DNA of 64,000 nt from Takakia lepidozioides. Its lineage: Eukaryota > Plantae > Bryophyta. Positions 22,847 through 35,899 of this stretch are shown here, one piece after another. The notes under the pieces were generated by a model. The model did not search any database, had not been told where the DNA came from, and saw only the letters and a program-made list of their open reading frames with translations. The first letter of the stretch is position 1. Each line of letters starts with the position of its first letter. The stretch is taken from NCBI GenBank assembly GCA_030704615.1, contig CM060732.1:15190001-15254000 (forward strand), written 5' to 3'. Made by a program: the position numbers and the translations under genes.

Positions 22847-23719
22847 CAGCAAATTGGTGGCATGCACTCTTCCTGATCCCATGGCTGCCTTTGCCCTGCA
22901 TTGGTCTTCCGTGTGTCCCAACATTTTGCAAAAGTTGCACTGCTTACCACACTGGTCTGTCCAGTGCCCAAATTTGTGGCATTTTCCACATTTCACAGGG
23001 GTTCTCCTGGATGGACAAAATGCTCCGACGTGCCCTTCTTGTTGACAATTGTTGCACACTTTGGTCATACCACGCAGTGGGGTACGGCTGCCTGATGCGT
23101 CAGAGGGAGTGGATCCCTTCTCAAAATACCTTTGTAGTGTGAAGTTGAGGTCGTCCAAGCGTTTATCCGTTTGAGACATTGGCCTATCAGCTGTTTCTTC
23201 CTCGCCTTCCATTGGTTCCATAGGGGTCTCTCCAATTTGCCCCAGTCCTTTCTCCACTTGTATTGCTCTCTCCACTGCCTCATCAATGTTAGCAAATCTG
23301 GCTCCCAACAGCAGGCGCATTATTTCTGGTCGCAATCCTGACATAAACCTTCGCCTCTGTTCAAGATCTGCAATAGTGCCTCGCTTGAATAGCTTGTCAA
23401 GTCGTTCAAAGTATGCCTGCACCCTTTGTCTTGGCTCCTGTCTGATTGAGTCGAGCTTCATCTTCAGCTCGGTTGGATCGACCTGACCAAACTTAGCCTC
23501 AATGGCTGCCTGAAACTCATCCCATGTCGCAGGTTTTGGGTTCTGTCTTCGATACCAAGCATCTGCTTTGCCCAAGAGGTTCAGCCTCGCCACTTTCACC
23601 ATCTTGTCTTCAGCATACTCCCTTACATCTCCCGCCATCTGCAGACAATCAAGCCAATCTGCAATGCCCTCGCTTTCTTTCCCACTAAAGAATATGTCAA
23701 TACCTGAAGGACTAGTCAT
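22835..23719 (-). CDS. gag: G2 gag with three CCHC zinc knuckles
   Basis: LLGKADAWY..TWDEFQAAIEAKF..IRQEPRQRVQAYFERL..FMSGLRPEI; CNNCQQEGHVGAFC, CGKCHKFGHWTDQC, CNFCKMLGHTEDQC. Confidence 0.93.
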   Translation of the reverse strand: MTSPSGIDIFFSGKESEGIADWLDCLQMAGDVREYAEDKMVKVARLNLLGKADAWYRRQNPKPATWDEFQAAIEAKFGQVDPTELKMKLDSIRQEPRQRVQAYFERLDKLFKRGTIADLEQRRRFMSGLRPEIMRLLLGARFANIDEAVERAIQVEKGLGQIGETPMEPMEGEEETADRPMSQTDKRLDDLNFTLQRYFEKGSTPSDASGSRTPLRGMTKVCNNCQQEGHVGAFCPSRRTPVKCGKCHKFGHWTDQCGKQCNFCKMLGHTEDQCRAKAAMGSGRVHATNLLEVM

Positions 23720-24700
23720 GGCTTGCTCTTTGGATGGTTTCTATTGTTCTTTGGGTGATCAGAATGTGAACTCATGGATTCTGAATCCACATTCCATTCG
23801 GCAGTAATTCTTCTCTGCCTTATGTGTTTCTACGAGCAAGGACCCCTATAGATACCCATCTGTTGTTTACCATCAACCATAGTATGGAAATTGTTTGAAC
23901 ACCTGAGTGTACCATCCTGAGGCACAGATCCCCATTGGCATAGCTCGCGGTGTGCCTATAGTAAGTCAGCAAAGGCTGATCTAGTGGCTGTCCTTGTAGT
24001 GTATAGCTGATCACTATGTCTCATAATGCTGGTTCATTAGGAAAGACAGAGCTATCTACCCTTTGCATTACTTAGACAATATTTGTTTCAGCGTTGACCT
24101 CTATACCATTCCTGGGTTGTTAGAGGGCTGTCTGGGACTTAGACACTTTTATGGGCTTTGTGTGGTACCCTTAATTTTTGCGCAGATGAGTGGAGTTTGA
24201 AGGCGGGGAGGAACGGAAAGTGAATGTTTACACTTATATGCATGTAGAACTTGTACTGGTAAAGAATTGGATTCCCAAGGATATCTTGTGGATCAAACTT
24301 ACACCAAGAACAGCTTTCCAAACGTGTTTGTCATACGGTTATATGGTAACAGAGACTTCTAGTATAGCTAAGGATGCATTGAAGCTTGAAAGAAATCCAG
24401 GCATATATGAGAGATACTACAGGAGAGAGTTTTGGTTATTGCCTCATTGAAAATATGAAAGACATGGGACATGGGACATGAAAGAGAAGCTAGACTTCAC
24501 AGATATTCAACAAAAAGATAGAGTTATTTGAAAGCTAATTATCCATATCTTTGGGAGAGAGGAATAGACATAGGAGAATCATCTGGACCTCTCACACCAT
24601 TAAGGTCGAAGAGTACATCACCCATACCGAAGGAACCAGAGCTCAATGCCACTCCTTCTTATTCTTTACAAGAAAGATTAAGGGATTTGGTACAGGAAGA

Positions 24701-27700
24701 AAGATCCCTTTCCCTTGCCATTCACAGAGGTTGTATTGGACACTGTGGCTGGCCATGAGATGTACTCATTCATGAATGGCTTCAGTGGGTATAACCAAGT
24801 ACAAATGGCAGAAGAAGACCAGGGAAAGACAGCTTTCATCACAGACTGGGGTGCTTATGCATACAAAGTCATGTCTTTTGGACTTTGTAATGCAACAGCA
24901 ACATTTCATAGAGTGATAAGTGAATCATTCCATGAGTATCTGGATGATTTCATGCAAGTGTTCTTTGATGATTTCAGTGTGTACAGTTCTAAGAATGAGC
25001 ACTTGCATAAATTTGAGTTATGTTTGGCCAGATGCAGAATGAGAGGTCTGGGTCTGAATCCAGAAAAATGTACTTTCTGTGTGAACTCAGGGTACTTCTG
25101 GGACACATTGTATGTAAGAAGGGATTACTTGTGGACCCCAGAAAGACGGAGGCCACTAAAGCATCACCACCACCAGGAAATGTTAAAAATCTAAGGAGAT
25201 TCCTTGGACAAACCAGTTACTACAGAAGGTTTGTCAGACGGTATGCACAGATGGCAGCACCTTTGAGCAAGCTTTCTGAAAAAGGATGCAGTGTTTACAT
25301 GGACAGCTGAATGTCAATAGGCTTTTGAGGAACTTACATTGTCAGTAACAACTACACCTGTGCTGATTAACCCTCACTGGCACGTAATATTTCATGTACA
25401 CTGTGATGCCTCAGGAGAAGCATGGGGAGCTGTGTTAGCCCAAAATATCACAGGAAACATAGATTCACCTGTGTATTATGGTAGCAGGTTGTTGAACAGT
25501 GTTGAAAGGAACTATAGCACAACTGAAAGAGAAGCATTGGCAATGATTTATGCAGTCAAGAAATTCAGGCATTGCCTATTGGGAAGGAAGTTCATGTTTT
25601 ATGTGGATCTGTAGGGCGAAAGCAGGTAATAGAAAACAATGGCGGGAGCAAAGCAAGAAGCAGTGAACGATGGCATGGAGCGGGACCTGAAAGCGAAATT
25701 AACTAAGTATAAAGATGATGCAGCGAGAATTTAGGGTGAAGGGATGGATGCAGGATGATCAGTGTTTTTCATTCCAATGGATGAAAATGGAGAACAGATG
25801 GAGAAACAAGTGAAATTCATACAATGGATGGAAAAGAGGATGAAAACAAAATCTTGAAATACATTCATCTGTTTGTCAACGGATGGAAGTAGGGGATGAA
25901 AAATGAAATCATGGATGAAAATTTGACAAAGGAATTTAATTGACAAGTTGACTATTTGAATCCTAAAAATGGCAAATTAAGTTCTGATCGGTGCACCGTA
26001 TGGGCAAAGGGATGGTCTGAGACCAAACTAAGATCGAGGAGATGAGGATGAAATTAATGTAGCCGCAATTTTATGTTTAGGTGGGGATAAGGCAAAGGGG
26101 GATAATACCCGGCCTTGTCGTGACATTCCACGATAAAGAATCTGATTTAAATTTCTCTGTTTGTAGTATATTATGAGCCCATGTGGGCAGTCAGTGGTGT
26201 TGTGTGGTGAAGAAGGAGAGTGAGCACGTATAAATGAGAGCTCTAGGAAGAAGATGACACCAGTTTTACATATGATACTTGGAGTGGATTGAGAAGCGAG
26301 GAAGGTGTAAGCATGTAGTGTGCCTTGTTGTTTTCATAACCAGTGAGTAGGCTGGTGTATCAGGCCTGTTTGGCTGAATATATAGTGATGATTTTGATCT
26401 ATGCCTTAGAGTCTCATGATCATGGGAGAATGGGGAATTTAGACTAAGCCTTGTTATTTATTTCTTTCACTATGTACTAGACTGATCTCATAGAATTACT
26501 AGGATCTATTTCTTCACTAGCACTAATGATGAGGGCTGTTTGTACTTAGAATAATAACATCATCAGATTATATGCAAGATGTTTTCAGCATAGATAAATG
26601 GATCTAACAATTAGCTAGACTAGTATTACATCAACTGATTACATGGAAGCATAGAGTGGAGACCAGAAATATGACAGAGTATTTTGATTTGATCCTAGAT
26701 TGATGGACTAACTCGTTACTGATATTAAGACCATAAAATTATATCCAATAGCAATGCCTAGTGGAGGGAATATGATCAATGAAGTAAGTAAAATTACAAA
26801 TAGTTTACATACCGCATACGATTGGTAGAGCTGAAGCTTTCCAGAGATAACTCCCTTGCCTATCATGTATTCAGAAATGCATGAGTCCTTACCCAAGCAT
26901 CAGTAGATGATAACTTATCTCTTCAGGTCAAGACTAACTAAGTGGCACTCATTGAACGTTCTTCAACAAAATGGAATGCCAGGATATTGAAGTGCAGGAA
27001 ACGAGACGACATATGAACTCCAAGGGATGATGTTTCCTACTGTGCTTGGGCAAATCAACATTAGAATACAATAAGTTTCATGCACAAATTTTACTGTCTA
27101 TTCTTGGTTTTCTCTTCCGCTGCAGCCTAGGATAGACAGAGTACTAACGGGTGATCAAGTTGATGTTTGGGTAGGTCCCCTATTTTTACTTACAGATCAT
27201 CAGGCTTTGATTTATCTGGTGAACAAGCCTTTGATAAGTGGCAGGATAGCAAGGTGGTTAATAATCCTGCACGAGTTTGAATTCGAAGTTGTTTACAAGC
27301 CTGGCCGTTTGCATCTTGTGGCAGATCATTTGTCACGCCTAACAACAGGAGAGCCCGCCACGAGAGTAGAAGACCAATTACCTGATGCGAGTCTATTTGC
27401 AGTGGAGATGCAAGGAAGTGCAGATGATTGGTTAGATTGACAGTGGCCAATCAGATACTACCTTACTCATGGTCAGTGCCCACCTAGTTATGGGAAGGAA
27501 CAGAGGAAGAGAATAGCTATCAAGGCTTTACCTTACACTATGATAGGCAGCAGAATGTATAAGCTAGGACCTGATGGAATTCTGAAACGATGCTTGTACC
27601 ACCATGAAGTAAATAAAGTTTTGGAGGAAGTTCATAAAGGAGTGGCTGGAGGTCATTTTGGAGAGGAGACTACCAGTAGGAAGATACTACTTGCAGGTTA

Positions 27701-28700
27701 CTGGTGGCCTACTTTATTCAAGGATGTACACAAATATTGCAAGAGTTGTGATGAGTGTCAGAGGCTAGGACCATTGCAGAGATCTGGCAAGATGGCTTTG
27801 CATCCTACGATGCCTACTGAACCATTTCAGAAGTGAGGACTAGACTTTGTTGGACCAATAAACGCACCAGCCAGAAATACACAAAACAAGTATATAATCA
27901 CAGCCACTGATTATACTACAAAGTGGGTAGAAGCTAAGACTTTGAGGGACAACACAGCTAAATCTACAGCAAGGTTCCTATATGAGAACATACTCACAAG
28001 ATTTGGCTGTCCCCTGGAATTTATTAGTGACCAGGGAAGTCACTTCATTAACGAGACTATAGAACTATTGACTAAAGAGTTCATGATTGTGCACATGAAG
28101 AGTACAACCTATTACCCACAGGGTAATGGGCAGGCAGAGGCCACCAACAAAATACTATGTACTATTTTGGCTAAGATAGTCAATGCAAACAGAACGGATT
28201 GGGATACAAAGCTGCTGACAGCTTTGTGGTCATACAAGACTTCATATAAAGTCACCACTAAGTATACGCCATTCCAATTAGTTTATGGTAGGGAAGCTTT
28301 ACTTCCAGTGAAATTCTTGTTACCTACCATGAGAACTGAATGGGGAAGGAGAATGGAATTGGAAGATTCAATTAAAGTCAGGAAACATGAATTATATCAT
28401 GTGGAAGAAGTACGTGCTGATGAAGCAGATAACATGACCAAAATTCAGATGAAGAGGAATGATCAATTTGATGAAGGTAAATTAAATTTTTTTAAGACGG
28501 GTGATTTGGTACTGTGGTTGCAGAAGAAGGGAAAGATTAAAGCTTCTAAGCTTAAGTCACCATGGAAATGACCTTATGTCATACAGAAGATGTATGATAA
28601 CAACACAGCCATGTTACAAACCATTAATAAGGAGATGCTGGGAAGAGTCAATGCCAATAAGTTGAAGGGATACAGTGGTATCCATGACAAACCATTGCGG
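24701..28700 (+). pseudogene. pol: G1 pol (RT, RNase H, integrase), interrupted by a solo LTR
   Basis: GFSGYNQV; FGLCNA; FFDDF; HCDAS; TEREALAM; EVHKGVAGGHF..CDEC; LDFVGP; SDQGSHF; QAEATN. Confidence 0.93.
25610..27194. mobile_element. Probable solo LTR (1585 bp) of a third family
   Basis: TGTA...TACA ends and a GATC target duplication (25606-25609, 27195-27198). It splits the RNase H motif FYVD|HQAL. AT-rich and non-coding. Confidence 0.85.
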
Positions 28701-29298
28701 CATGATTTGCATATTGAAACACAGAAACAGTCACGGGCTGCACCGGTGATATCAACGGAGCATGAAGCACTTGTCGTAAAGCCGAATGTGTATGGCCTGA
28801 GCGGAGAACACGGGTGTTCGCACAGCTATCACAGCCCATCACAGTATCACACAGTCTATCACAATCCATCACAGCATCACACAGCCTATCACAGTTTACC
28901 ACAGTTTGACACAGTCTGTCACAGCCCCAACACAGCCTATGTGAGTTGCACAGTCCATAGAGTCAGTGACAGGTGGACGCGGGTTAACGTCAGAAAAGTA
29001 GCCGGCAAGTGAAAGGACAGCTTGGAAGTCAAACTCGGAGAATGTGCCACGCGGACAGGGGAAAACGGGGGCATGTTTAAAAGCGAACACGTGGCCACTA
29101 GGGTGAAGCACACCGCGGTGTATATATTGCAAAAGTGGGTGTCATCATGCAAGAGGACAAACTGGGCCGTCAAAGTACCTACCCGGTACATCAACCAAAA
29201 CTATTTGTGGGCCCATTAATGCATTCAGGGCAAAGGTAACGGAACCCTTTACATGTACAGAAAAGGGGGACCTTTGCCACATGTGCTGTCCTAGTGGA

Positions 29299-30152
29299 TG
29301 ATAACGGCTATGCTACGAGGGACAGACAACGAGGGTCACAACGGGACATACCGGGTAGTGATGGACGTATACTACCTGAGCCACAGGCAGAGACGGCTAA
29401 GTACGCGGTACTTCGCCAATGGCGGGACATTACCACGAGAGCAGTAGTGGGTAGTGTAGTAACCGTGAGCCGTGAACCACGATATCACACGGTCACGTTA
29501 GCATCGGCTTTAACCAATAGAAGGAGTAGTGGACCGTTTACCACTATGGCTCACGACCACTGCAATGAGCCACTTTTTAGCAAACCTTTTAGGTTGCGTA
29601 GGCAGTTAGGCAAACGGTCATTAACGACCGCAGGCTGTAACGGCTCTTTTGAGCATAGTATAAAAAGACTGCACGCAACTTAGAGAGGGTGTGCAATATG
29701 AGTATGAGTATCAGTGATCAATGTGTACTTTTGTGATGATGTGACGAACTCTGAAGTAAAGCCATGATATTCGAAGTATCTCTGTGTAGAGTGAATGTGA
29801 GATGGAGAGAATGTGCATTATGAGAGAACGTGAGATGGTGAGAATGTGTATCATCTCAGAATAATTCTTGTTTTATCTCGACTACCATCTGCTTGTCTGA
29901 ACAAAGAGGCTTTAGTCTTTTCGACTAAGATCTTTTATGCTAAAGAGACTATAGATTGGGCTTAATCAATAGGATTAAGCAGCCTGCAGGGATATGGCTT
30001 CATACGACGTTCATGGTTTAGCTATCCTTAAAACGATTACTTCGTAATTGTTTCTGGAAGCATACCGTCGGACAGCCTCTGTTGCATATCTTAGGAAATG
30101 GGCAGTAGTGTTGATAGCCTGTTTTGTCTAAGTCATAAACCAGCGGTTAACA
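29299..30152 (+). mobile_element. Isolated G2 LTR with non-matching flanks
   Basis: Reverse complement of 12975-13845. The left flank is G1 sequence, the right flank is Mutator C sequence, and there is no TSD. Confidence 0.9.
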
Positions 30153-31197
30153 GAGAGTAAGAACAATGGGACGCGACGGCTCTAAGCATCCTACACACCG
30201 TTGGGGGAAATCGAAGAGGCGGCGACCTCCCTCAAAAGTGAACGAGATAAAGATGGGGAATGCACTTCGGATGAATTGTACAATCCAGAGCTCGACAAAA
30301 GTGCCCCCACCAGGCTTCGGGCGTGTGTATCAGATGGCCACGGCAGGCTCAGCTGTTCGCAATGAGGTGTACACCATCACCATTTCATAATTACCCACCT
30401 GCAATTGCACCGACTTCCAGATCATGGCGAACAAGGGGGCATCATACTGCCCTTGCAAGCATCTGTACTACGTGTACCTAAAGAGACTTCGGTGTAATTC
30501 CACAACTCATCACTTCATACATACACCAGGGTTGAGCCCCCAAGAGGTGCACACTCTTCTGAATATGGATCTAGGGGACCAGTGAGCTTGGCTTGCGGTC
30601 CCCACACAATGGTACGCCCATCCTTTCAGTTATAGTAGAGCTGTACTGCTGCAAATACCTCTGATAATACTATGTCAAGTACCTCTGACTCTGGCCACAG
30701 AAAGGTCCGACTTATGTTTTGGCTACCAGTAACCTGTTTTGCTCGAACTAAGATAATATTATGTCATTCACTTCTGTTTCCATGTGCTTGTATTTTTGTT
30801 TGTTGGAGGGTTCATGTTTTTCTACTCTCCCAAACTTTGCTTTCCTCATTTGACCCCCGGCAAGGAAATGCGGTGCCGCATTTCCAAGTAACGTCGTAGG
30901 TATTGGTAGATGCGGCCTTCGTCATAGCAAGATAGTCGCACCCAGCCTTTAGGGAGCCGACCGTCGCCAACACCAAACCCCCCAAAAAATTCGCACGTGC
31001 GAACCCTAATGCGGCACCACATTTCCCAGTTGAGTCACAAACCTTTCCCGCCGAATACCCGAAGATGATAGAATTATGAAGTACTGCAGACTCTATTGGT
31101 GCAGACTCTATTGGTTCAATCGCGGCAAAAGGGTCAACTTCATTCCAATGTTAAGGCATGTAAAACCGCGGAATACTCTATACAGGCAAGTATGCAA
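30153..31197 (+). mobile_element. Mutator-like family C 3' fragment (SWIM exon and 3' region)
   Basis: YTITIS*LPTCNCTDF..PCKHLYYVY. It is the reverse complement of 43506-44135 plus 31610-31958. Confidence 0.88.
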
Positions 31198-31298
31198 GGC
31201 CTCCAGACCTGCCATGTCCAGACTTAGGGTACGTCTCTCGTGTTGTAATCATTCAGTTATGTTTATTTAAAACTCAAGGATACACCTGCACCAAGGCT

Positions 31299-31410
31299 GG
31301 GGAGGTTTATTATTTCATGAGCAGAAACCATGAGCCATGAGCCATGAGCCGCATGAGCCACATGAGCGGTGAGCCGAAGTCTAAGACACGCGGATTTCAT
31401 GAGCGGACTC
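31299..31410. repeat. Element terminus with (CATGAGC)n block
   Basis: Homologous, in reverse complement, to the family B end at 8745-8822. Confidence 0.75.
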
Positions 31411-31958
31411 CTCCAAATTTGGAAATGCGGCAGATTAAACAAGTATTAAAATAATAGTTTTTTAATTTGACCTTGCCGTTTTTGAAAGTTCCAGATCCTG
31501 TAATGCGGCGAAGATATGTCGTCAGTAACAAGTCCGCTCATGGTTTTTTAGATCCGCTCATGGAAATGAGTGACCGTGCAACGAAAAATCCAGTATACCA
31601 CGGCAAAAGGACGTCGCATACTGGCCTGTATAGAGTATTCCGCGGTTTTACATGCCTTAACATTGGAATGAAGCTGACCCTTTTGCCGCGATTGAACCAA
31701 TAGAGTCTGCACCAATAGAGTTTGCAGCACTTCACAATTCTGTCATCTTCGGGAATTCGGCGGGAAAGGTTTGCGACTTAACTGGGAAATGCGGTGTCGT
31801 ATTAGGGTTCGCACGTGCGAAATTTTTGGGCGGTTTGGTGTTGGCGAAGGCCGCATCTACCAGTACCTACGACGTTACTTGGAAATGCGGCGCCGCATTT
31901 CCTTGCCGGGGGTCGAATGAGGAAACAAAGTTTGGGAGAGTAGAAAAACATGAACCCT

Positions 31959-32824
31959 TGTGGAATGGCTTTTGCTCACCCATCCCTTCGCTATCCGAGG
32001 TGGAAACTCCAAGATAGAAGAGTTGGATATCTCTAAGCACTCAGCCCGCTCAGTATTATCAGTCATGACCTGCAGCTAGTGAATCATGGTTGTGCTTCCC
32101 ATTTGTATTCCTTCTTGCCTTCATGTTATCAATTTACCTTATCTGATACTGAAGCATCAGATTGCTTCAGTATCTACTTAGTTCCAGTTAATCATGCATT
32201 CATTTCACAGCTTCACTCATGTCTCTCTACACAGTGTGATTGTATCGAATAAGTATCAGATTATGATTTATCAGGTATCAGGCCAATGCCATGGTGACTC
32301 TAATCCGCCCTACAGTATTACTACAGCTTTGCATGTAATAAGCATCTACTATTCATCTTCCTCCTTCTTTGTGCTCTCGTTCTTGCTCTCCGCCTGATCT
32401 CCTCTTCCCATGACCCAGAAGCGCTCCCCGTGAAAGTGTCCTCATCTTTCCGTTGCCGCTCTCCTTAACTAACTGTCATCCCTGAAGTAACACGTTCCCT
32501 CACAGTCGTTCCCTGTCAATGATAACTATTCCCCATGTACTGTGACAGGCTGTGTCGAGCTGTGTCGAGCTGTGACTGGCTGTGTAAAGCTGTGTCGGGC
32601 TGTGCGAAGCTGTGGCGGGCTAGGACTGGCTGTGTAAAGCTGTGTCGGGCTGTGCGAAGCTGTGGTGGCTATGACTGGCTGTGTAAAGTTGTGTCGGGCT
32701 GTATAACCCCCCTAAAGCCTGCTGCTGCCACCCCTAAGGCTCCTGTTGGTCTCAGTCTGCGCAAAAATTAAGGGTACCCCACAGAACCCGTAAAAGCGTC
32801 TAAGTCCCAAGCAGCCCTCTAACA
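31959..32824 (-). repeat. G1 3' LTR
   Basis: TG...CA ends, near-identical to 42594-43505 apart from short indels. The PPT GAGAGGGGGAGGGGTAAA precedes it on the minus strand. Confidence 0.92.
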
Positions 32825-33042
32825 TTTACCCCTCCCCCTCTCAAAAAGTCGTGTCCTCACGGTTTACTGTTTGGGATTAGCAAACCTTTGTGAGCGAGCA
32901 CCCGGTGAGAGTCTCGTGAAGGACTCCGTGTGCGAGCCCGAGTCCTGTCACTGGTTGACGGAGATGATTGAGCACTACCTGGAAATGTCTGACCCTCCTT
33001 TGGCTAATAACGAGGTAACCTCTCAGGCATAGGAGATCCCCA

Positions 33043-35071
33043 TCATTTCTTCTCTGCCATCTGAAGTGCATAGTCCTCTGCCTTGTCAAAAGAGTCCGCT
33101 GAAGAAACAGTATTATCAGAATCCTCGTCTCCCCTTAGGTGTTTTAACAGCCGAACTTTAAGTGGAATTCTGTGTGGCATACAAACCATATCTAGAAGTT
33201 TAAATTGTACAACTTGATGTAAGCGCTGGCAAGCAAAATTAGTGAACGTCCTCAACTCCTTATCTGTATAGGTAAGAGGTGTGCCAATGACTTTGGAACA
33301 GTGTAAGTATTTCCATGCCTCATGTCCCTTAAAGAAAATATCCTCAGGGCCGAATTTTTGTGTTGTCAAATTGTTCCAAGCCGAATGAAACCATGAACGA
33401 AATTGGGAATCCTTCTGCATCATAACTTTTGCATCATATAGGTACATATGAGGTGGCACTAAAGGTAAGACCCAATGATCCCCACTGGAATAACTCAGAA
33501 ATCGGGATTGCATCCTCTGCTGCTCAATGTGATAACGTGCCAGAAAACAAGCAGCATAGTATAATCCACATCCCATGACAATACTTGATACCTCCTTGGT
33601 CTTGGTATAAATGTACCCATGTACAACTTGGAAGGCAATTAATTCCTTTAACATGGTACCTGCTTCAGACCAGTACCTCGCAAAGTGATGATCCTCAATG
33701 GGTCGATTGTTTGGAAGAACCTTAGTCCTAGTTGCCACTGGCAGTCAAATGCGCATGATCTGGTAGTAATGTGCCAACGATTGCGGAGGACTAAATTCCT
33801 TCCAAGCCAAATCCAACACAATGGGAATCTAGTTGAAGAGCATAATCATAGCCCGACTGTACTCCCGTGCAGCAGGAGTCTTAGGTGGGTTAAAAGCAGC
33901 ATCCCCATCCTTCTCAATTTCGGCCACGACCTGCTCTGTAGTGGGAATGTCCAACCTTTCACCTTCTAGAGCAATTGGGGGTGATGTCACAGCATGTACT
34001 AACTGTGGAACCTCTAAAACAACTGAGTCAATTGGTTGTGGTGGTTGTGGTATTGAATTGACTTCCTCTTCCCTCTCCGAAGGCCGTGCTTCCAATAATA
34101 ACAGCCTTATGTGTTGTTGTGCCCCATCCTACACAAGAGCTTGGGAAACATCATCGTGCGGTTTCCGTGAAGCCAGTGGATCCGCCACTACAGTCATACC
34201 CCGCCTCTATCTCTTAGACTGGTATTGCCCTGCCAGTCCACCCTCACTATGTGAAGAGCCCTGCTCTTCAATTGCAGTGGTTTCTGCCTCAAACACTCTC
34301 ATCTCCTTACGTTCCCAAGTATCAAGTATGCAATAATCAAAGAATGATTTGGGCAATAATTGGACCGGACACAATGATCGGAGACTTAGCAGCAGTGCCT
34401 TGTAACCTCTTCATCTCGTCCACCAGTCCATTGTACATTAACTCCGCCCAAGCGACATCCTCTCCCCTCAAAGCTTTCAGGATCTCCTCTGTGAATGACC
34501 TGCTAAAATACTGTTGGTTCTGTTTCATGGCAAACAGAACGTTCAATATTTGGCCAACTTCCCTAAGCCCTGGGTACTCGGCTTTGGTACAAGCGTAACC
34601 TTGAGTTTTAAAGAAACTCTTTTCTTGGAACAAATTCCATATCTGCAATCTTGCCTTGTGCTCATCCACATCCACATGACCTGATGGCAAATCAAACAAT
34701 TGCTGCAGGTACTGGGGAGTAATTTCGATATCTACTCCCCCCACCTGAGTAACTCCCGTCCGAGGCTCAAAGTTCTGAAGAAATTGAATCATATACTGCC
34801 GATGTTGCAAGGACCAGTCCTTGCGTAGCAGCCCCTCCAATCGCAACTCCCTTAGCAGCTGTACTGCATGCGGTGCTGCAATTGTTTGCTTCTGCAGAAT
34901 CGTGGTGCTCTTCACCCTGATATCCTCCATTCCCCTCACTCTCTTCATTCTAGACAAACAAAAAGGCTTTGTTTGAAACAGCTGAAGGAAAGCTTGCAGG
35001 GCACAGAGCACAAAGGTATGGTTGGCACAGAATGGAACAGGTAAGTGCGTGTAAGCCTGTGGGGCTTGCAA
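33043..35071 (-). pseudogene. G1 3' extra ORF: putative plant transposon protein-like N-domain, low-complexity linker, conserved C-domain
   Basis: MIQFLQNF..TQVGGVDIEITPQYLQQLFDLP resembles the Transposase_32/Athila accessory pattern (by eye). The C-domain 33043-33738 is shared with G2. A second copy lies at 55579-57217. Confidence 0.65.
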
Positions 35072-35899
35072 GTATCGAGTGAGGAAAATGTACTCTCAAT
35101 GCTTCCGTCCTTACGCCACTGCGTGAGAAGTAAAGCGAGTGTGTAATCCGTTATATCTGCCATAGCTACAAAACTAGTGCTTTGATTGCCCCTTCCGTTG
35201 AGACCTTGGCTATTCAGAGCCACCCCGACTCTTCCGCTCATAACACTTCTTATTTCTTGTTCTTGTTTCTTGGAGGGAACCACCTGCATGTAATTCGCAC
35301 TCCTGATTGGCTGAGGATTGCTTAGGTAATTTCTTAATTCCACCCCCCTCCATGGACATTCCCACCTGGAATGTCCAGTAGGACAGCATATGTGGCATAG
35401 GTTTCCTTTTTTTGTACTCGGAAAGGGTTCCGTTACCCTTACACTGAATGCATTAATGGGCCCACAATTAGTATTAGCTGCTGTACCGGGTAGGTACTTT
35501 GACGGCCCGATTTGTCCATTTGCATGATGAGACCTTTTTTTGCAATTGTTGTAGTGCGGTGTGCCACACCTTAGTGGCCACGTGTCCGTTTCAAAACATG
35601 CCCCCGACTTCCCCTCTCCGCGTGGCATATTCTCCAAGTTTGACTTCCAAACTTCCTCTTCACTCGATGGCCACTTTTCTAACGTTAATTCGCGACCACT
35701 TGTCACTGACCCTATGGACTGTGTAATATGTATGGGCTGTGTTGGGCTGTGATAGGCTGTGTGGCACTGTGGTGGGCTGTGATGGGCTGTGATAGGCTGT
35801 GTGACACTTGTACTTCCCGCCTTGGTCATACACGCTCGGCTTAACGACAAGTGCTCCATACTCCGTTGCTATCACTGGCGCAGCCCGTGACTGCTTTTG

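Larger units (their letters stand above)
12975..24117 (-). mobile_element. Ty3/gypsy family G2: 3' LTR, PPT, 3' extra ORF, pol, gag; 5' LTR absent
   Basis: Domain order on the minus strand is gag-PR-RT-RH-IN. The 3' LTR is 12975-13845. The 5' leader is interrupted by a G1 insertion at 24118. Confidence 0.92.
24118..29298 (+). mobile_element. Gypsy family G1, internally deleted copy
   Basis: Starts TGTTAGAGGG, jumps to ORF0 at ~24187 and from the gag 5' region to RT at ~24700. RT-RH-IN and the CACAG repeats follow. It ends at the G2 LTR. Confidence 0.9.

Noticed and set aside
12975-30152. One giant element with ~870-bp terminal inverted repeats
   Set aside because: The repeats are G2 LTRs (TG...CA, adjacent PPT) from separate insertions, and the outer flanks share no TSD.
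33043-35071. Envelope gene
   Set aside because: No signal peptide, furin site or clear transmembrane anchor is visible.
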